A stretch of DNA of 48,953 nt, the filler included, from Candidatus Eiseniibacteriota bacterium (GTDB lineage: Bacteria > Orphanbacterota > Orphanbacteria > Orphanbacterales > Orphanbacteraceae): assembly GCA_043809585.1 (NCBI GenBank). It is 2 parts of 2 records of this genome, joined end to end, with 100 filler letters (N's around TTAATTAATTAA, not from the genome) between each part and the next. Parts side by side here need not be neighbours in the genome. Positions count along the whole stretch, not along the records: positions 1 to 27,460 come from JBDROZ010000106.1; 1 more part is not named here. One strand, written 5' to 3'. Both the position numbers and the translations under genes were made by a program. Of the stretch, positions 9,880 through 19,666 are shown one piece after another (the stretch's first letter is position 1; each line of letters begins with the position of its first letter). The notes beneath the pieces are model-generated. The model had not been told where the DNA came from, ran no database searches, and saw nothing but the letters and a program-made list of their open reading frames with translations.

Positions 9880-10354
9880 GACTCGTACGCCTCCGTAGGA
9901 ATCGATCCAAACCGAACCGCCCGTCATCGAGGAGAAGGACATAGGCGGCCAGAAGGACCCACAGAATGTCGCGAACCAAGGTCCCCGTGCCGATCTGCTC
10001 CGCCGCCTCCTGGGAGGCGAAGCACCCGCACGACATCTGATAGCCCCGGGCGAGGGCGATGCCGAGGGAGGTCGTGAACATGATCAGCATGCCGAGGATC
10101 AAGAGGGCGTTTGCCCTCGTCCACACCCCCGCGATCAGCAAACCCCCCGTGATCAGCTCGAGCCAGGGGAGAAAGATCGCGAAGAGATTGACCGCCGGAA
10201 GAGGAAGGATCTGATAAGTCGCCACCGAAAGGGCGAACTCGTACGGCTCCTGAATCTTGTGAAGGCTCGCCAGCACGAACACGCCGCCGAGGTAGACGCG
10301 GATCGGCGCGCCGATCGCCGCCAGGGCCCTGCTTCTCGTCTCTCCGAAGCCCAT
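9872..10354 (-). CDS. MauE/DoxX family membrane protein
   Basis: RVYLGGVFVLASLHKI, LPWLEL, SCGCF motif; four hydrophobic segments. Confidence 0.9.
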   Translation of the reverse strand: MGFGETRSRALAAIGAPIRVYLGGVFVLASLHKIQEPYEFALSVATYQILPLPAVNLFAIFLPWLELITGGLLIAGVWTRANALLILGMLIMFTTSLGIALARGYQMSCGCFASQEAAEQIGTGTLVRDILWVLLAAYVLLLDDGRFGLDRFLRRRTSHA

Positions 10355-10357
10355 GCC

Positions 10358-10843
10358 CTATTCCGCGGCGGCGCCGAGAAGAGCCCGCCAATCCTCGTCC
10401 TCGTTCAGGTATTGGACGAAGCCGACCCCCTGGTTCAGGAAGTCGTTCGCCAGGAGCCGGGCCGTCGGGACGTCCCCGATGACGACCACCGTCCGGTCCC
10501 CCGCCGCCTCCTTCACCGCCCCGATCTCCTCCTCGGAGATCGGGAAGAGCGGATCGTAGGGAACCGAGAGGGCCCCCTCCGCGTGCTCCGCGCCGAACTC
10601 GTCGGGCATCCGGGAGTCGACGAGGAAGAAGTAGTCCGGGTTCTCCTGAAGCTCCTCGAGGGAGACGGCGGCCGCTTCTTCCTCTCCCTCGGGGCACTCG
10701 TCGTAAATCTCGTACTCCGAATCGGCGACCCAATCGAGAGAGTCGGCGCGGACGGCGTTGTAGCCGAGGGCGATCACCGACGCCGCGGAGACGATCAGGG
10801 CCGATTGCAGAAACAACCCGACGCGCCACATTCGATAATTCAT
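10358..10843 (-). CDS. Membrane-anchored rhodanese-like domain protein, apparently lacking the catalytic Cys
   Basis: LVDSRMPDEFGAEHAEGALSVP rhodanese signature; N-terminal TM segment; VVVIGD where a Cys loop is expected. Confidence 0.8.
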   Translation of the reverse strand: MNYRMWRVGLFLQSALIVSAASVIALGYNAVRADSLDWVADSEYEIYDECPEGEEEAAAVSLEELQENPDYFFLVDSRMPDEFGAEHAEGALSVPYDPLFPISEEEIGAVKEAAGDRTVVVIGDVPTARLLANDFLNQGVGFVQYLNEDEDWRALLGAAAE

Positions 10844-10961
10844 GGTGTCGACTCCGTCTCCTGGATCTCCGGCGGCGAGGGGGCCGGCCCGCGTTTTCCT
10901 TTCACCCTCGTCGCCGCCGCGAGTTCCCGGCCCCTCCGGCGGTTCTTGGGCACGGTTTGTA

Positions 10962-10970
10962 ATTGTAGCA
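10962..10970 (-). promoter_or_regulatory. Extended -10 promoter element (TGcTACAAT)
   Basis: Motif match upstream of the rhodanese-MauE-DsbA genes. Confidence 0.4.
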
Positions 10971-11060
10971 CCAATACGGGGGTCGGGGGGATTTCTGAGG
11001 AAAAACGGCCTCCGAGCCCGCGCCCCGAGGCCGCAGCAGAAAGAAGCGAGCCTTCCCGGT

Positions 11061-12011
11061 TTACAGGAAACCGTTTTCGCGCATCCAGCCGTCGTTCACG
11101 AACTTGGTCATGTAGTTCCGGACCGCGTCGGGAAGGATGCAGAGGGCCTTCTTCACGCCCTTTTCGTTCTTCAGCGCCTCGAGCATCGCCCAGACCACCG
11201 ACCCGGAGCTGCCGCCGACGAGGAGTCCCTCCTCCCGGATGATCCGCCGGGCCATGTGGAAGCTCTCCCGGTCGTTGCAGTAGATGTACCGGTCGACCAG
11301 GCTGTTGTCGAGCACGTCGGGGATGAAGTCGTATCCGATCCCTTCCACTTTATAGGGGAAAACCTCCGTCCGGCCGCCGAGAACCGACCCCTCCGGATCG
11401 ACGCCGATGATGCGGATCTTCGGATTCTTCTCCTTGAGGTAACGGGCGACGCCCGTCACCGTCCCCCCCGTCCCCGCGCCGATGACGACCATGTCGAGGG
11501 AATCGCCGAAGTCCTCCCAGATCTCGGCCCCCGTGCCGTGGTAGTGGGCATCCGGGTTGTCCGGGTTCGAGTACTGGTCGGGCATGATCGAGTCGTCGAT
11601 CTCCTCGAGCAGGCGGAGGGCGACGCCGAAGAGGCTCTCCGGATCGTCGTGGGCCGCCTCGGTCGGCGTCCGGATGATCTTCGCGCCGAGCGCCTCGAGG
11701 GCGGTCTGCTTCTCCTGGCTCATCTTCTCCGGCATGGTGATGACGAGCTTGTACCCGCGCGCGGCGGCGCACATGGCGAGGCCGATGCCGGTGTTGCCGC
11801 TCGTCGGCTCGATGAGCGTCGTCCCTTCGCCGATCTTCCCCTTCTTCTCCAGCTCTTTCACCATGCGGACGGCGATCCGGTCCTTCACCGAGCCGCCGGG
11901 GTTCAGGAACTCGCACTTCCCGTAGAGCTCCACGGGGAGGTCGGATCCGATCCGGTTCAGCCGAACCACCGGCGTCCGGCCGACGACGTCCATGATGTTG
12001 TCGTAGATCAT
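11061..12011 (-). CDS. PLP-dependent cystathionine beta-synthase / cysteine synthase family protein (catalytic core only)
   Basis: KCEFLNPGGSVKDR, EPTSGNTG, GAGTGGT, YKVEGIGYDFIP, LPDAVRNYMTKF; AAGGAG RBS before ATG 12011. Confidence 0.92.
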   Translation of the reverse strand: MIYDNIMDVVGRTPVVRLNRIGSDLPVELYGKCEFLNPGGSVKDRIAVRMVKELEKKGKIGEGTTLIEPTSGNTGIGLAMCAAARGYKLVITMPEKMSQEKQTALEALGAKIIRTPTEAAHDDPESLFGVALRLLEEIDDSIMPDQYSNPDNPDAHYHGTGAEIWEDFGDSLDMVVIGAGTGGTVTGVARYLKEKNPKIRIIGVDPEGSVLGGRTEVFPYKVEGIGYDFIPDVLDNSLVDRYIYCNDRESFHMARRIIREEGLLVGGSSGSVVWAMLEALKNEKGVKKALCILPDAVRNYMTKFVNDGWMRENGFL

Positions 12012-12055
12012 TCCGGTCTCCTTGGTTCCGATCGGGTCGCTCGATCGGGAAGCGT

Positions 12056-15000
12056 TCATCTTACCAGGATCATTCGAACGGTGCGGACGCCTTCCTCCGT
12101 CTCGAGCCGGGCGAAGTAGATCCCCGAGGCCGCTTCGCCCCCGAGATCGGTGAGGCCGTCCCACCGGGCGCTCCGCCATCCCGCCCCTTCCGCCCCCTCC
12201 CGCAGGGTCGCCACCGCCCGGCCGGCCGGATCGTACACGACGAGCCGCACCCGGGCGGGGGCCGGCAGGTAGTACGCGAGCTCCGTCACCGGGTTGAACG
12301 GGTTCGGCCGGTTCGGCGCGAGAAGGAGGGCCCCCTCCCGCGCCACCGCCACCGGAGCCCCTCCGGTCCGGAAGGAGCGCATCGTTCCGTCCGTCCCGAT
12401 CCAGGTCATGGTCTCCAGGCGGATCCGCTCCGGACCCTCCCCGCCCGCCGTGAGAATCTCGAGACGGGGCAGGAGGGCGTCGGATCGGACGAAGGGGGAT
12501 CCCGGACCCGCCGGTGTGACGAGCACCCGGAGCCTTCCCCCCGACGATCCGTATCGGACATCGACCTCCCCTTCGTCGACGCCGAGAGCGGCGACTCCGA
12601 GGACGCCGGCCCCTCCCCCGAGATCGATCTCGAGGAACCCGCACCTCCCCCCTTCGGCCATGTCGAAGGAGAGGACCACCCGCGTCCGACCCGGCTCCTC
12701 CGCCGGCCGGGACCGGGCCTCGAAAAGGAGGGGCGCCGCTCGGGCCGCGGGCCCGCTCATTCCCTCCCGAACGATCACTCCGGCGAGAAGGACCAGGTCG
12801 GCCACGGTGAAGCGGCCGTCGCCGTTCAGGTCGATCCTCTCGATCGGATAAACGGACGGGTCCGTTTCGCCGAGCAGGAAGGCGAGGGCGAGATCGACGT
12901 CGGCGAGGTCCCGCCGGTAGTTGCCGTCCATGTCGCCGAAGGGCCGCTCCGCCGGCTTGGTCGTGAACGTGAGGGGGGGCAGGTCCTCGAAGGACCGGCC
13001 GAAGACGTCCTCGAGGCCGGAGTAGTCGAACAGGTACGTCTCCCCGTACCGGAGGAAGGAGGCCGGTTCGAAGACGAGCACGCTCCCCCCGCCTTCGAGG
13101 GAGCGGTCTCCGGCGACGGCCACGCCGGCGGCGGTGAGCGCCGCGGCGCCGATGGTGGCCCCGTTCACGGGGACGCTGAAGGTGACGCGGATCACGACGT
13201 CCACGTCCACTTCGATCTCTCCGTCGGCGGGTGTGCTCGCGAGCGCCGCGGGGGCGAGGCCGAAGGTCGTGAACCGCCGCCACGCCGACGGCACCCCCGT
13301 GCCGCAAAGGCTCCGGGTCGCCACGCGCCACCGGTAGCCGCCGCCGAGGGCGAGGCCGGACACGGAGAACTTCGTCACGTTCCCGATCGCCGTGTCCACG
13401 ACCACCGCCCCCCCCGGCGCCTCTTCCACCCGGAGGGCGTACCCGGCGGCCCCCCCGACCGCCTCCCACGAGAGGAGGACGGGTATCGGCAATCCTTCCG
13501 CGCCGTCTTCCGGCCCGGCCGGCGCGGGCGCCGCGAGTCCGGCCCGGGCGCGCCCCGTCGCCCCCCCTCCGGCCGCCGAGAGACCGCAGAAGTTCTCCGT
13601 GAACACGGCGTAGACGTACTCCACCCCCTCGATCACGTCCCCGTCGGCGTAGCCCGTCTCCGGCGCCTCCACCGTCGCGATCGCGGCGCCGTCCCGCTCG
13701 ATCCGGTACCTCGCCGCCGCGCCCGGAGGAGTCGTCCACGTCAGAAGGATCTCTCCGCACCGATCCGTCGTCGCCGTGAGCCCGGGCGGCGCGGTGGGGG
13801 GGGCGATCACGGCCACCGAGAAGGGGGCGCTCCGGCCGCCGGTGCCGCACACGCCGACCGCCTGCACTTGGAAAGTGCGCGTTCCCGCCGTCCCGGCCGT
13901 CACGACGGCCGAATCGACCGTTCCACCGAGGAGCGCCAAGAGCCGGTCCACGCCGCCGGTGGTCTCGAAGAGACGGTAGCTCAGCACGCCCGGATCGCCG
14001 CTCCACCGGAGCGTGAAGGACCCGCCCGCGCAGGCGATCGAATCGGACCGCCCGTCGAAGGCGCTCCCCGGAATGGGCGGCAGGAATCCCCCTTCGTCCC
14101 GGGACGTCGCGTTCCCGGTGGAGGGGCCGCATTCGTTGAAGGCGACCACCTCGTAGAGGTACGTCCCCTCGCCGGCCCGGTCCACGAAGCGCCGAGCCGA
14201 CCCCGAGAGGGCCGGAGCGACGACGATGGTCGTGTCGTTCCGGCTCCGGACCACCTGAAAGCCGTCGATGGGCGTCCCCGTCGCCGGGACCGCCCACTCG
14301 ACGACCACCGAGTCGCAGGAGGCGTTGGTGGCGATCACCGACACCGGCGCCGGGGGGCGGGTGCGGATCCGCGTGACCGACACGGCCACCCCTCCCGACT
14401 CCCCGCAACCGTTGTAGGGGCGCACGCTGTACGTCACGGCCCCCCCCGGCTCGTCCGTGAAGCGGCCGTCGCCGGGCCCCTGGAAGACGAGAACGGGAGG
14501 GCCCGTGCCGGACCGGTAGATCCGCACGCTGTCCGGTTGGGCCGCCCAGGAAACGACGACCTCGTCGCATGCCGTCGTGTCGATGGCGACGGCGGCGGGG
14601 GGAGACGGGGCTCGGCTGATCGTCACGGTCCACGGGTCGCCCGCCCCCCCGAGCCCGCATTCGTTTCGGGCCCTCACCACGAAGAGATGGGCCCCGATCT
14701 CGTCGATCCTGCGGGAGACTTCCGTCTCCGCGACCGTGGTGTCCGCCTCCCCGTCCCTCTCGATCTCGTAGACCGAGACGCCGGGGATCTCTTCCCATCG
14801 AAGGATGAACGGAACGCCCGCGCACGCCCCAGCCGGGGCGCCCGTCCACGAGGGCACCGGGGGACGGCTTACGGCGGAACCCGAGTCCGACGACGCGGCG
14901 GAGACGCCGCAACGGGACAGGGCCCGGACCCGGTAGAGATAGGACTGCCCGGAAACTCCGGTCGTGTCCACCACGCGAAGGGTGTCCGCGGCGGGGATCC

Positions 15001-18000
15001 TGGCGATCACGGCCACGCTGAAACCGCGGATCCGCTCGACCACGAAGGTATCGACCGCGGCGCGGCCGTCGCTCGGATAGTCCCACGCGATGACGACCGA
15101 ATCGCACCCGCCGGTGGCGCTCACCGATTCGGGCGCGGCGACACCGAGGGGAAGGGCGTAGCCGGCCACCGTGTCCGACGGGGCCAGAGTTCCGCACGCG
15201 TTCCAGCCGCCGATCACGTATTCTCTCGGGCCCCCCGCCGGTAACGAATCGACCCACGATTCCATGTCGCTCATGTAGAACCGCGCGCCCCCCGCAGGCT
15301 CGACCCACACGTCGCTCGCCGGGCCGGCGGACCAGACGATTTCAATGGCGCCGCAAAGGTCGCCGCTCGCCTCCACGCCGTCGGGAGGAGCAGGGGCGGG
15401 CTGGACCTCCACGTTCCGGGGGTCGCCCGCGGGGCCCTCCCCGCACACGCCTTCCGCGAAGACCCGGTACGTGTAGATGCCCGGCGCCGCCCGCGCCGTC
15501 TCGAAGAAGGTCCCGGCCACCCGGTCCTCCCGCCCGCTCCCTTCTTCGACGACCACGTATCCCGTCGCGCCTTCCACGGGATTCCACTCGAGTCGGAAGG
15601 TCTCGCCCCCGCACACCTCGATGGCCGCCGCCCCGACCCAATCGGGGACGCCGGGCGGGCCGAGCCGGGTCCCGGTGTCGACGGCGCCGTCCGTCTCGGC
15701 CGACCCGCCGCACTCGTCGAAGGCGAGTACCCGGTAGTCGTACGTCCCCGGCGCCGGGGCGTGTACATAGCGGAGGGCGCCGCCGGGATCGACGAGGCCG
15801 AGGCGGGTCCAGTTCGGGCCCGCCCCCGTCACCCGGAAGGAAACGCGGAAACTGTCGATCGCCATCAGGTCCGAAGGATAAGACCAGGTGATGGTCACCT
15901 CGTCGCATCCCCCATCGGTGGCGGCCACGTCCGCGGGGGAATCGGGGACCCCGACGTCCCTCTCGCCCGTCACCGGATCGCTCCGGTTCCCGCCGCAGCC
16001 GTTCCACGCCTCGATCCGGTACGAATGGGAACCGCTCGCCACTTCCTGGTCCTTGTACTCGGTGACGTTCGGACCGAGATCCGCCAGCGGGGAAGGGGCG
16101 CCGTCCCGGTAGACGCGGTAACCCGTTTCGTTCGCCCCGTCGCTCCACGTGACGAGAATGAACCGGCAGCTCGAGTCGGACGCGGCGGGATTCGAAGGGG
16201 CCGGCGGGGCGTCGGGGGGACGCGTTCCCGCGGCGGCCTCGCTCCGAGGGGAGGCGCCGCACCAGTTCCGCGCGTCGACCTGGTAGGTGTAGAGCACTCC
16301 GGGCGCCGCCGTCAGGTCCCGATGGTAGAGGTCGGTCCAGGGAATGGTCGCGATCGGAACGCCGTTCCGGTAGAGCACATAGTCGTCGGCGTGATCGGCG
16401 CGGCTCCAGCGCACCTCGATCCCGCCGCAGAGGTCGTCGGTCACCGAGAGGATCTGGGGCGTCTCGGGGGCATCGTAGGGGCGCGCCCCTCTCGCCGAGT
16501 CGGAATATGCGGGAAGGGCCGAGCATCCGTTGAAGGCGCCGACGAAGTAGACATGGGACTCGCCCGGCTCGACGGCCCCGTCGAAGTACTCGGCCTCGTC
16601 CGCCCCGAGAGAATCGATCACCGCCGAGTCCCGCACCACGAAGTAGCCCTCCTCCCAGGGGCCGTCCGTCCAGCGAAGGGTGATGCCGCCGCACGCCGAA
16701 TCGGCTTCCACGGCCGCCGGCCCGCCGGGGGGCGGGATCGCGAGACCCGAATCGGGGGCCGAGAGTTCCGGGAGGAGGGCGCAGCCGTTCCAGGCGGCGA
16801 TCCGGTACTCGGCGGAGACGCCGGCGGCGATCGACGTGTCGAGATAGGCCGTCTCCCCGGCGTCGAGGGAGTCGATCAGGACCGAGTCGCGGAAGACGAG
16901 GTACCCCTCTTCGTCATCCCCGTCGGGCCAGGTGAGGAAGACGCCGTCGCACCGGTCACGGGTGGCCGAAAGGCCGGCGGGGGGGAGCGGCGGATCGGGG
17001 GGACGGACGCCACGGGCGGTGTCGCTCTCGGCCGACTCGCCGCAGAGTCCGGCGGCGATCACCGAGTAGAGATGGGAGATCGCCGGGACCGTCCCGTCGT
17101 CATCGAACACCGTCGTGTCCGTGGCGGCGAGGAACGCGCCGTCCCGCAGCACCCGGTACTCCACTCCCCCTTCCACGGGCGCCCACGTCACGCGCACGGC
17201 GCCGCAGACCGTGTCGCTCGCCGCTACGCCGTCGGGGACGTCCGGAGAGTCGGGGGGGCGGGTCCCCTCGTCGCCGGTCCGGGGACCGGCGCCGCAGATC
17301 CCGACCGCCTCCACTTCGTACAGGTAGGCTCCGGGCGGGGGAGTGTCGGTCCACGTCGTGTCCCCTCCGGTCGACGCGATCCGGAGCGAATCGCGATAGA
17401 CATGAAAGGAATCGGCGCCGGGGACGGCGCCCCACACGATCGCCACCGCCCCGCAGACCATGTCGGAGGCGTCGACGATGGCGGGGGCGGGGGGTGAGTC
17501 CGGGGGCCGTTCGCCGGCCGCCGAGACCGAGTCGGACCGGCCGCAGAGGCCGAGGGCGCCGACCCAGTACGTGTTCGCGCCGACTGCCGCGCCCGTATCG
17601 CGATAGAAGGGGGAGGCGGCGGGCACTTCGGCCAGGAAGACCGAGTCCCGGTAGATCACGTATCCCGTGTCGAAGGGGGCGGCCGTCCATTCGACTCGGA
17701 CGAGGCCGCAGGAGTCGGTCGACGCGGCGAGCCCCGAAGGGGGGACGGGAGCGGGAACCGCGGTTCCCGAGTCGAGGACCGCCGCCGACCGGCCGCAGCC
17801 GTTGGCGCCGGACACGCCGTACACGTGGACGCCCGTCACCGTGTCGTCGGACCAGGACCCGGCCGGCGCGGGGAGGGCGGCCACCTCGGCCCCGTCCCGG
17901 AAGACGACATAGGTGTCCGCGTCCGCCGCGGCCTCCCAGGAGAGGTCGACCCGTCCGCAGATCGTGTCCGTCGCCGCCAGCGAGAGCGGCGCGCCCGGCG

Positions 18001-19306
18001 CGGGGAATGCGTTCCCGCTGTCGGCGGCCGCCGCCGAGCGGCCGCAGGGGGTCGCCGCGAGGACCAAGTACTCGTGGGAGCCGGACCCGTTCGTGTCGGA
18101 CCAGGCGAGGGCGGGGGGAAGCACCGAAGCGATCTCGGTCGAATCGCGGAAGACGACATACGTGTCGACCGCCGCGGAGGCGCCCCACGCGAGATCGACC
18201 CGGCCGCAGAGGGTGTCCGTCGCCGTGAGGAACGGGGGGGCCGCGGGCGGGGGAGGAACCCGGGCCGAGTCGACGGCCGCCCCCGACCACCCGCACGGGT
18301 TGCCCGCCTCCACGCCGTACTCGTACTCCCCGGCGGGCACCGTGTCCCGATAGGCGAGGACCGCCGCCGGAACCGTCGCGAGAAGGGCGCCGTTCCGGGA
18401 GACGCGGAAACTGTCCGTGTCCGCCGGAAGGGACCATTGAAGGAAGACGTGATCGCACAGGTCGTCGCTCGCCGAGACGCCCACCGGCGGCGGCGGCGCG
18501 TCGGGGGGCCGTACGCCCTGGATGGGGGCGCTGAAGGCCGATGACCCGCAGGGGCCGACCGACCGCACTTCGTAGGTGTGGGGACCGGGGGCCGCGGTGG
18601 AATCGCGAAGCGCCGTACCCGGGAGGGCCACGAGGAAGGCTCCATCACGCCGAACCCGGTAGGTGATGGTGTAGGGAACGGAGGACCAGTCGAGACGGAT
18701 GAAGCCGCACGAGTCCATCGATGCCGTCACCGTCGCCGGCGGCACCGAAACCGGAAAGACGGTGCCCGAGTCGGTCGCCGGCGCCGAGCGGCCGCACCCG
18801 TTCGCGGCCCGCACGGCGTATTCGTACTCTCCGGGCGGCGGGGCGTCTTCATAGGAGAGGGACGAAGCGGAGAGGACGATGATCTCCGTGCCGTTCCGGA
18901 AGACGGCGTACGAATCCGCTTCGACCGACGCCGACCAGTCGAGACGGACGAGAGCGCACGACGTGTCGCTCGCGACGAGCGTTGCCGGAGGCTCCGGCAC
19001 GACCGGGCGGAAACCGGTCGCCGAGGCGCTCTCCCCGATTCCCGTCGAATCGATACCGGCTACGAAGTAGAACACGGATCCGGCGGGGGCGGCGGCGTCC
19101 CGGAAGAAGTTGTCCTCCGTGTAGAAAACGGTCGAGTCCCGGCTCACATAGAACGAGTCCGCTTCCGGAAAGAGGTCCCAGGAGACCCGGATGCCCCAAC
19201 AGGAGTCGACCGAGGCCGTGGCGCCGGTGGGCGCGGGCAAAAGGGCGGCCGCGGCCGACGGAAGCCCGAAAGCCGAAAGGGCGAGAAGAAGAAAGGCCCG
19301 CTTCAT
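12056..19306 (-). CDS. Giant secreted FN3-repeat protein (~2416 aa) with SbsA-type Ig domain, dockerin and FlgD-Ig/T9SS-like tail
   Basis: Signal peptide MKRAFLLLALSAF; more than 20 FN3-like repeats; STPADGEIEVDVD..VTFS Ig domain; GDMDGNYRRDLAD...IDLNGDGRFTVADL; PNPFNP...RMILVR. Confidence 0.88.
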   Translation of the reverse strand: MKRAFLLLALSAFGLPSAAAALLPAPTGATASVDSCWGIRVSWDLFPEADSFYVSRDSTVFYTEDNFFRDAAAPAGSVFYFVAGIDSTGIGESASATGFRPVVPEPPATLVASDTSCALVRLDWSASVEADSYAVFRNGTEIIVLSASSLSYEDAPPPGEYEYAVRAANGCGRSAPATDSGTVFPVSVPPATVTASMDSCGFIRLDWSSVPYTITYRVRRDGAFLVALPGTALRDSTAAPGPHTYEVRSVGPCGSSAFSAPIQGVRPPDAPPPPVGVSASDDLCDHVFLQWSLPADTDSFRVSRNGALLATVPAAVLAYRDTVPAGEYEYGVEAGNPCGWSGAAVDSARVPPPPAAPPFLTATDTLCGRVDLAWGASAAVDTYVVFRDSTEIASVLPPALAWSDTNGSGSHEYLVLAATPCGRSAAAADSGNAFPAPGAPLSLAATDTICGRVDLSWEAAADADTYVVFRDGAEVAALPAPAGSWSDDTVTGVHVYGVSGANGCGRSAAVLDSGTAVPAPVPPSGLAASTDSCGLVRVEWTAAPFDTGYVIYRDSVFLAEVPAASPFYRDTGAAVGANTYWVGALGLCGRSDSVSAAGERPPDSPPAPAIVDASDMVCGAVAIVWGAVPGADSFHVYRDSLRIASTGGDTTWTDTPPPGAYLYEVEAVGICGAGPRTGDEGTRPPDSPDVPDGVAASDTVCGAVRVTWAPVEGGVEYRVLRDGAFLAATDTTVFDDDGTVPAISHLYSVIAAGLCGESAESDTARGVRPPDPPLPPAGLSATRDRCDGVFLTWPDGDDEEGYLVFRDSVLIDSLDAGETAYLDTSIAAGVSAEYRIAAWNGCALLPELSAPDSGLAIPPPGGPAAVEADSACGGITLRWTDGPWEEGYFVVRDSAVIDSLGADEAEYFDGAVEPGESHVYFVGAFNGCSALPAYSDSARGARPYDAPETPQILSVTDDLCGGIEVRWSRADHADDYVLYRNGVPIATIPWTDLYHRDLTAAPGVLYTYQVDARNWCGASPRSEAAAGTRPPDAPPAPSNPAASDSSCRFILVTWSDGANETGYRVYRDGAPSPLADLGPNVTEYKDQEVASGSHSYRIEAWNGCGGNRSDPVTGERDVGVPDSPADVAATDGGCDEVTITWSYPSDLMAIDSFRVSFRVTGAGPNWTRLGLVDPGGALRYVHAPAPGTYDYRVLAFDECGGSAETDGAVDTGTRLGPPGVPDWVGAAAIEVCGGETFRLEWNPVEGATGYVVVEEGSGREDRVAGTFFETARAAPGIYTYRVFAEGVCGEGPAGDPRNVEVQPAPAPPDGVEASGDLCGAIEIVWSAGPASDVWVEPAGGARFYMSDMESWVDSLPAGGPREYVIGGWNACGTLAPSDTVAGYALPLGVAAPESVSATGGCDSVVIAWDYPSDGRAAVDTFVVERIRGFSVAVIARIPAADTLRVVDTTGVSGQSYLYRVRALSRCGVSAASSDSGSAVSRPPVPSWTGAPAGACAGVPFILRWEEIPGVSVYEIERDGEADTTVAETEVSRRIDEIGAHLFVVRARNECGLGGAGDPWTVTISRAPSPPAAVAIDTTACDEVVVSWAAQPDSVRIYRSGTGPPVLVFQGPGDGRFTDEPGGAVTYSVRPYNGCGESGGVAVSVTRIRTRPPAPVSVIATNASCDSVVVEWAVPATGTPIDGFQVVRSRNDTTIVVAPALSGSARRFVDRAGEGTYLYEVVAFNECGPSTGNATSRDEGGFLPPIPGSAFDGRSDSIACAGGSFTLRWSGDPGVLSYRLFETTGGVDRLLALLGGTVDSAVVTAGTAGTRTFQVQAVGVCGTGGRSAPFSVAVIAPPTAPPGLTATTDRCGEILLTWTTPPGAAARYRIERDGAAIATVEAPETGYADGDVIEGVEYVYAVFTENFCGLSAAGGGATGRARAGLAAPAPAGPEDGAEGLPIPVLLSWEAVGGAAGYALRVEEAPGGAVVVDTAIGNVTKFSVSGLALGGGYRWRVATRSLCGTGVPSAWRRFTTFGLAPAALASTPADGEIEVDVDVVIRVTFSVPVNGATIGAAALTAAGVAVAGDRSLEGGGSVLVFEPASFLRYGETYLFDYSGLEDVFGRSFEDLPPLTFTTKPAERPFGDMDGNYRRDLADVDLALAFLLGETDPSVYPIERIDLNGDGRFTVADLVLLAGVIVREGMSGPAARAAPLLFEARSRPAEEPGRTRVVLSFDMAEGGRCGFLEIDLGGGAGVLGVAALGVDEGEVDVRYGSSGGRLRVLVTPAGPGSPFVRSDALLPRLEILTAGGEGPERIRLETMTWIGTDGTMRSFRTGGAPVAVAREGALLLAPNRPNPFNPVTELAYYLPAPARVRLVVYDPAGRAVATLREGAEGAGWRSARWDGLTDLGGEAASGIYFARLETEEGVRTVRMILVR

Positions 19307-19413
19307 CAGGGAGTTCCTCAGCGAAACCGCTCGGCCGGCGCGGGGCCGGCGCCCGGCCCCACTTATGCGGGGAGGAAGAAAAGACGGCCCCAAGGCCGGA
19401 TCGAGACACATTC

Positions 19414-19443
19414 ATTCTATCAGAGCCTCGCTCGGGGGGTCAA
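19414..19443 (-). promoter_or_regulatory. Sigma70-type promoter for the giant FN3 gene
   Basis: TTGACC-N18-TAGAAT with extended TG. Confidence 0.55.
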
Positions 19444-19630
19444 TCCGCCACCACGAACTGCCCGCCCCGGGCGGTACCCAGCCGGCTCCTTTCCTCGACC
19501 TCGAACCGCGCCCATGGCGCGAATTCCGTTAATGCCTTGCCATAATTGTAGTTATTGGACTCGAGAACAGTTTGTTGCCCTCGGGGGGGGTCGGGGGAAC
19601 AAAAAACCGCCCGCGACCACACATTCATTA

Positions 19631-19659
19631 TTGACATCCCGGTCACCCATGACTACCTT
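19631..19659 (+). promoter_or_regulatory. Sigma70 promoter overlapped by a TGAC-N6-GTCA candidate operator
   Basis: TTGACA-N17-TACCTT; palindrome TGACatcccgGTCA at 19632-19645. Confidence 0.6.
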
Positions 19660-19666
19660 CTCGCCC

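Noticed and set aside
11061-15308. 1415-aa ORF as a large fusion to cysteine synthase
   Set aside because: Only the last 316 aa are protein-like and they have their own RBS; the rest overlaps the FN3 gene out of frame.
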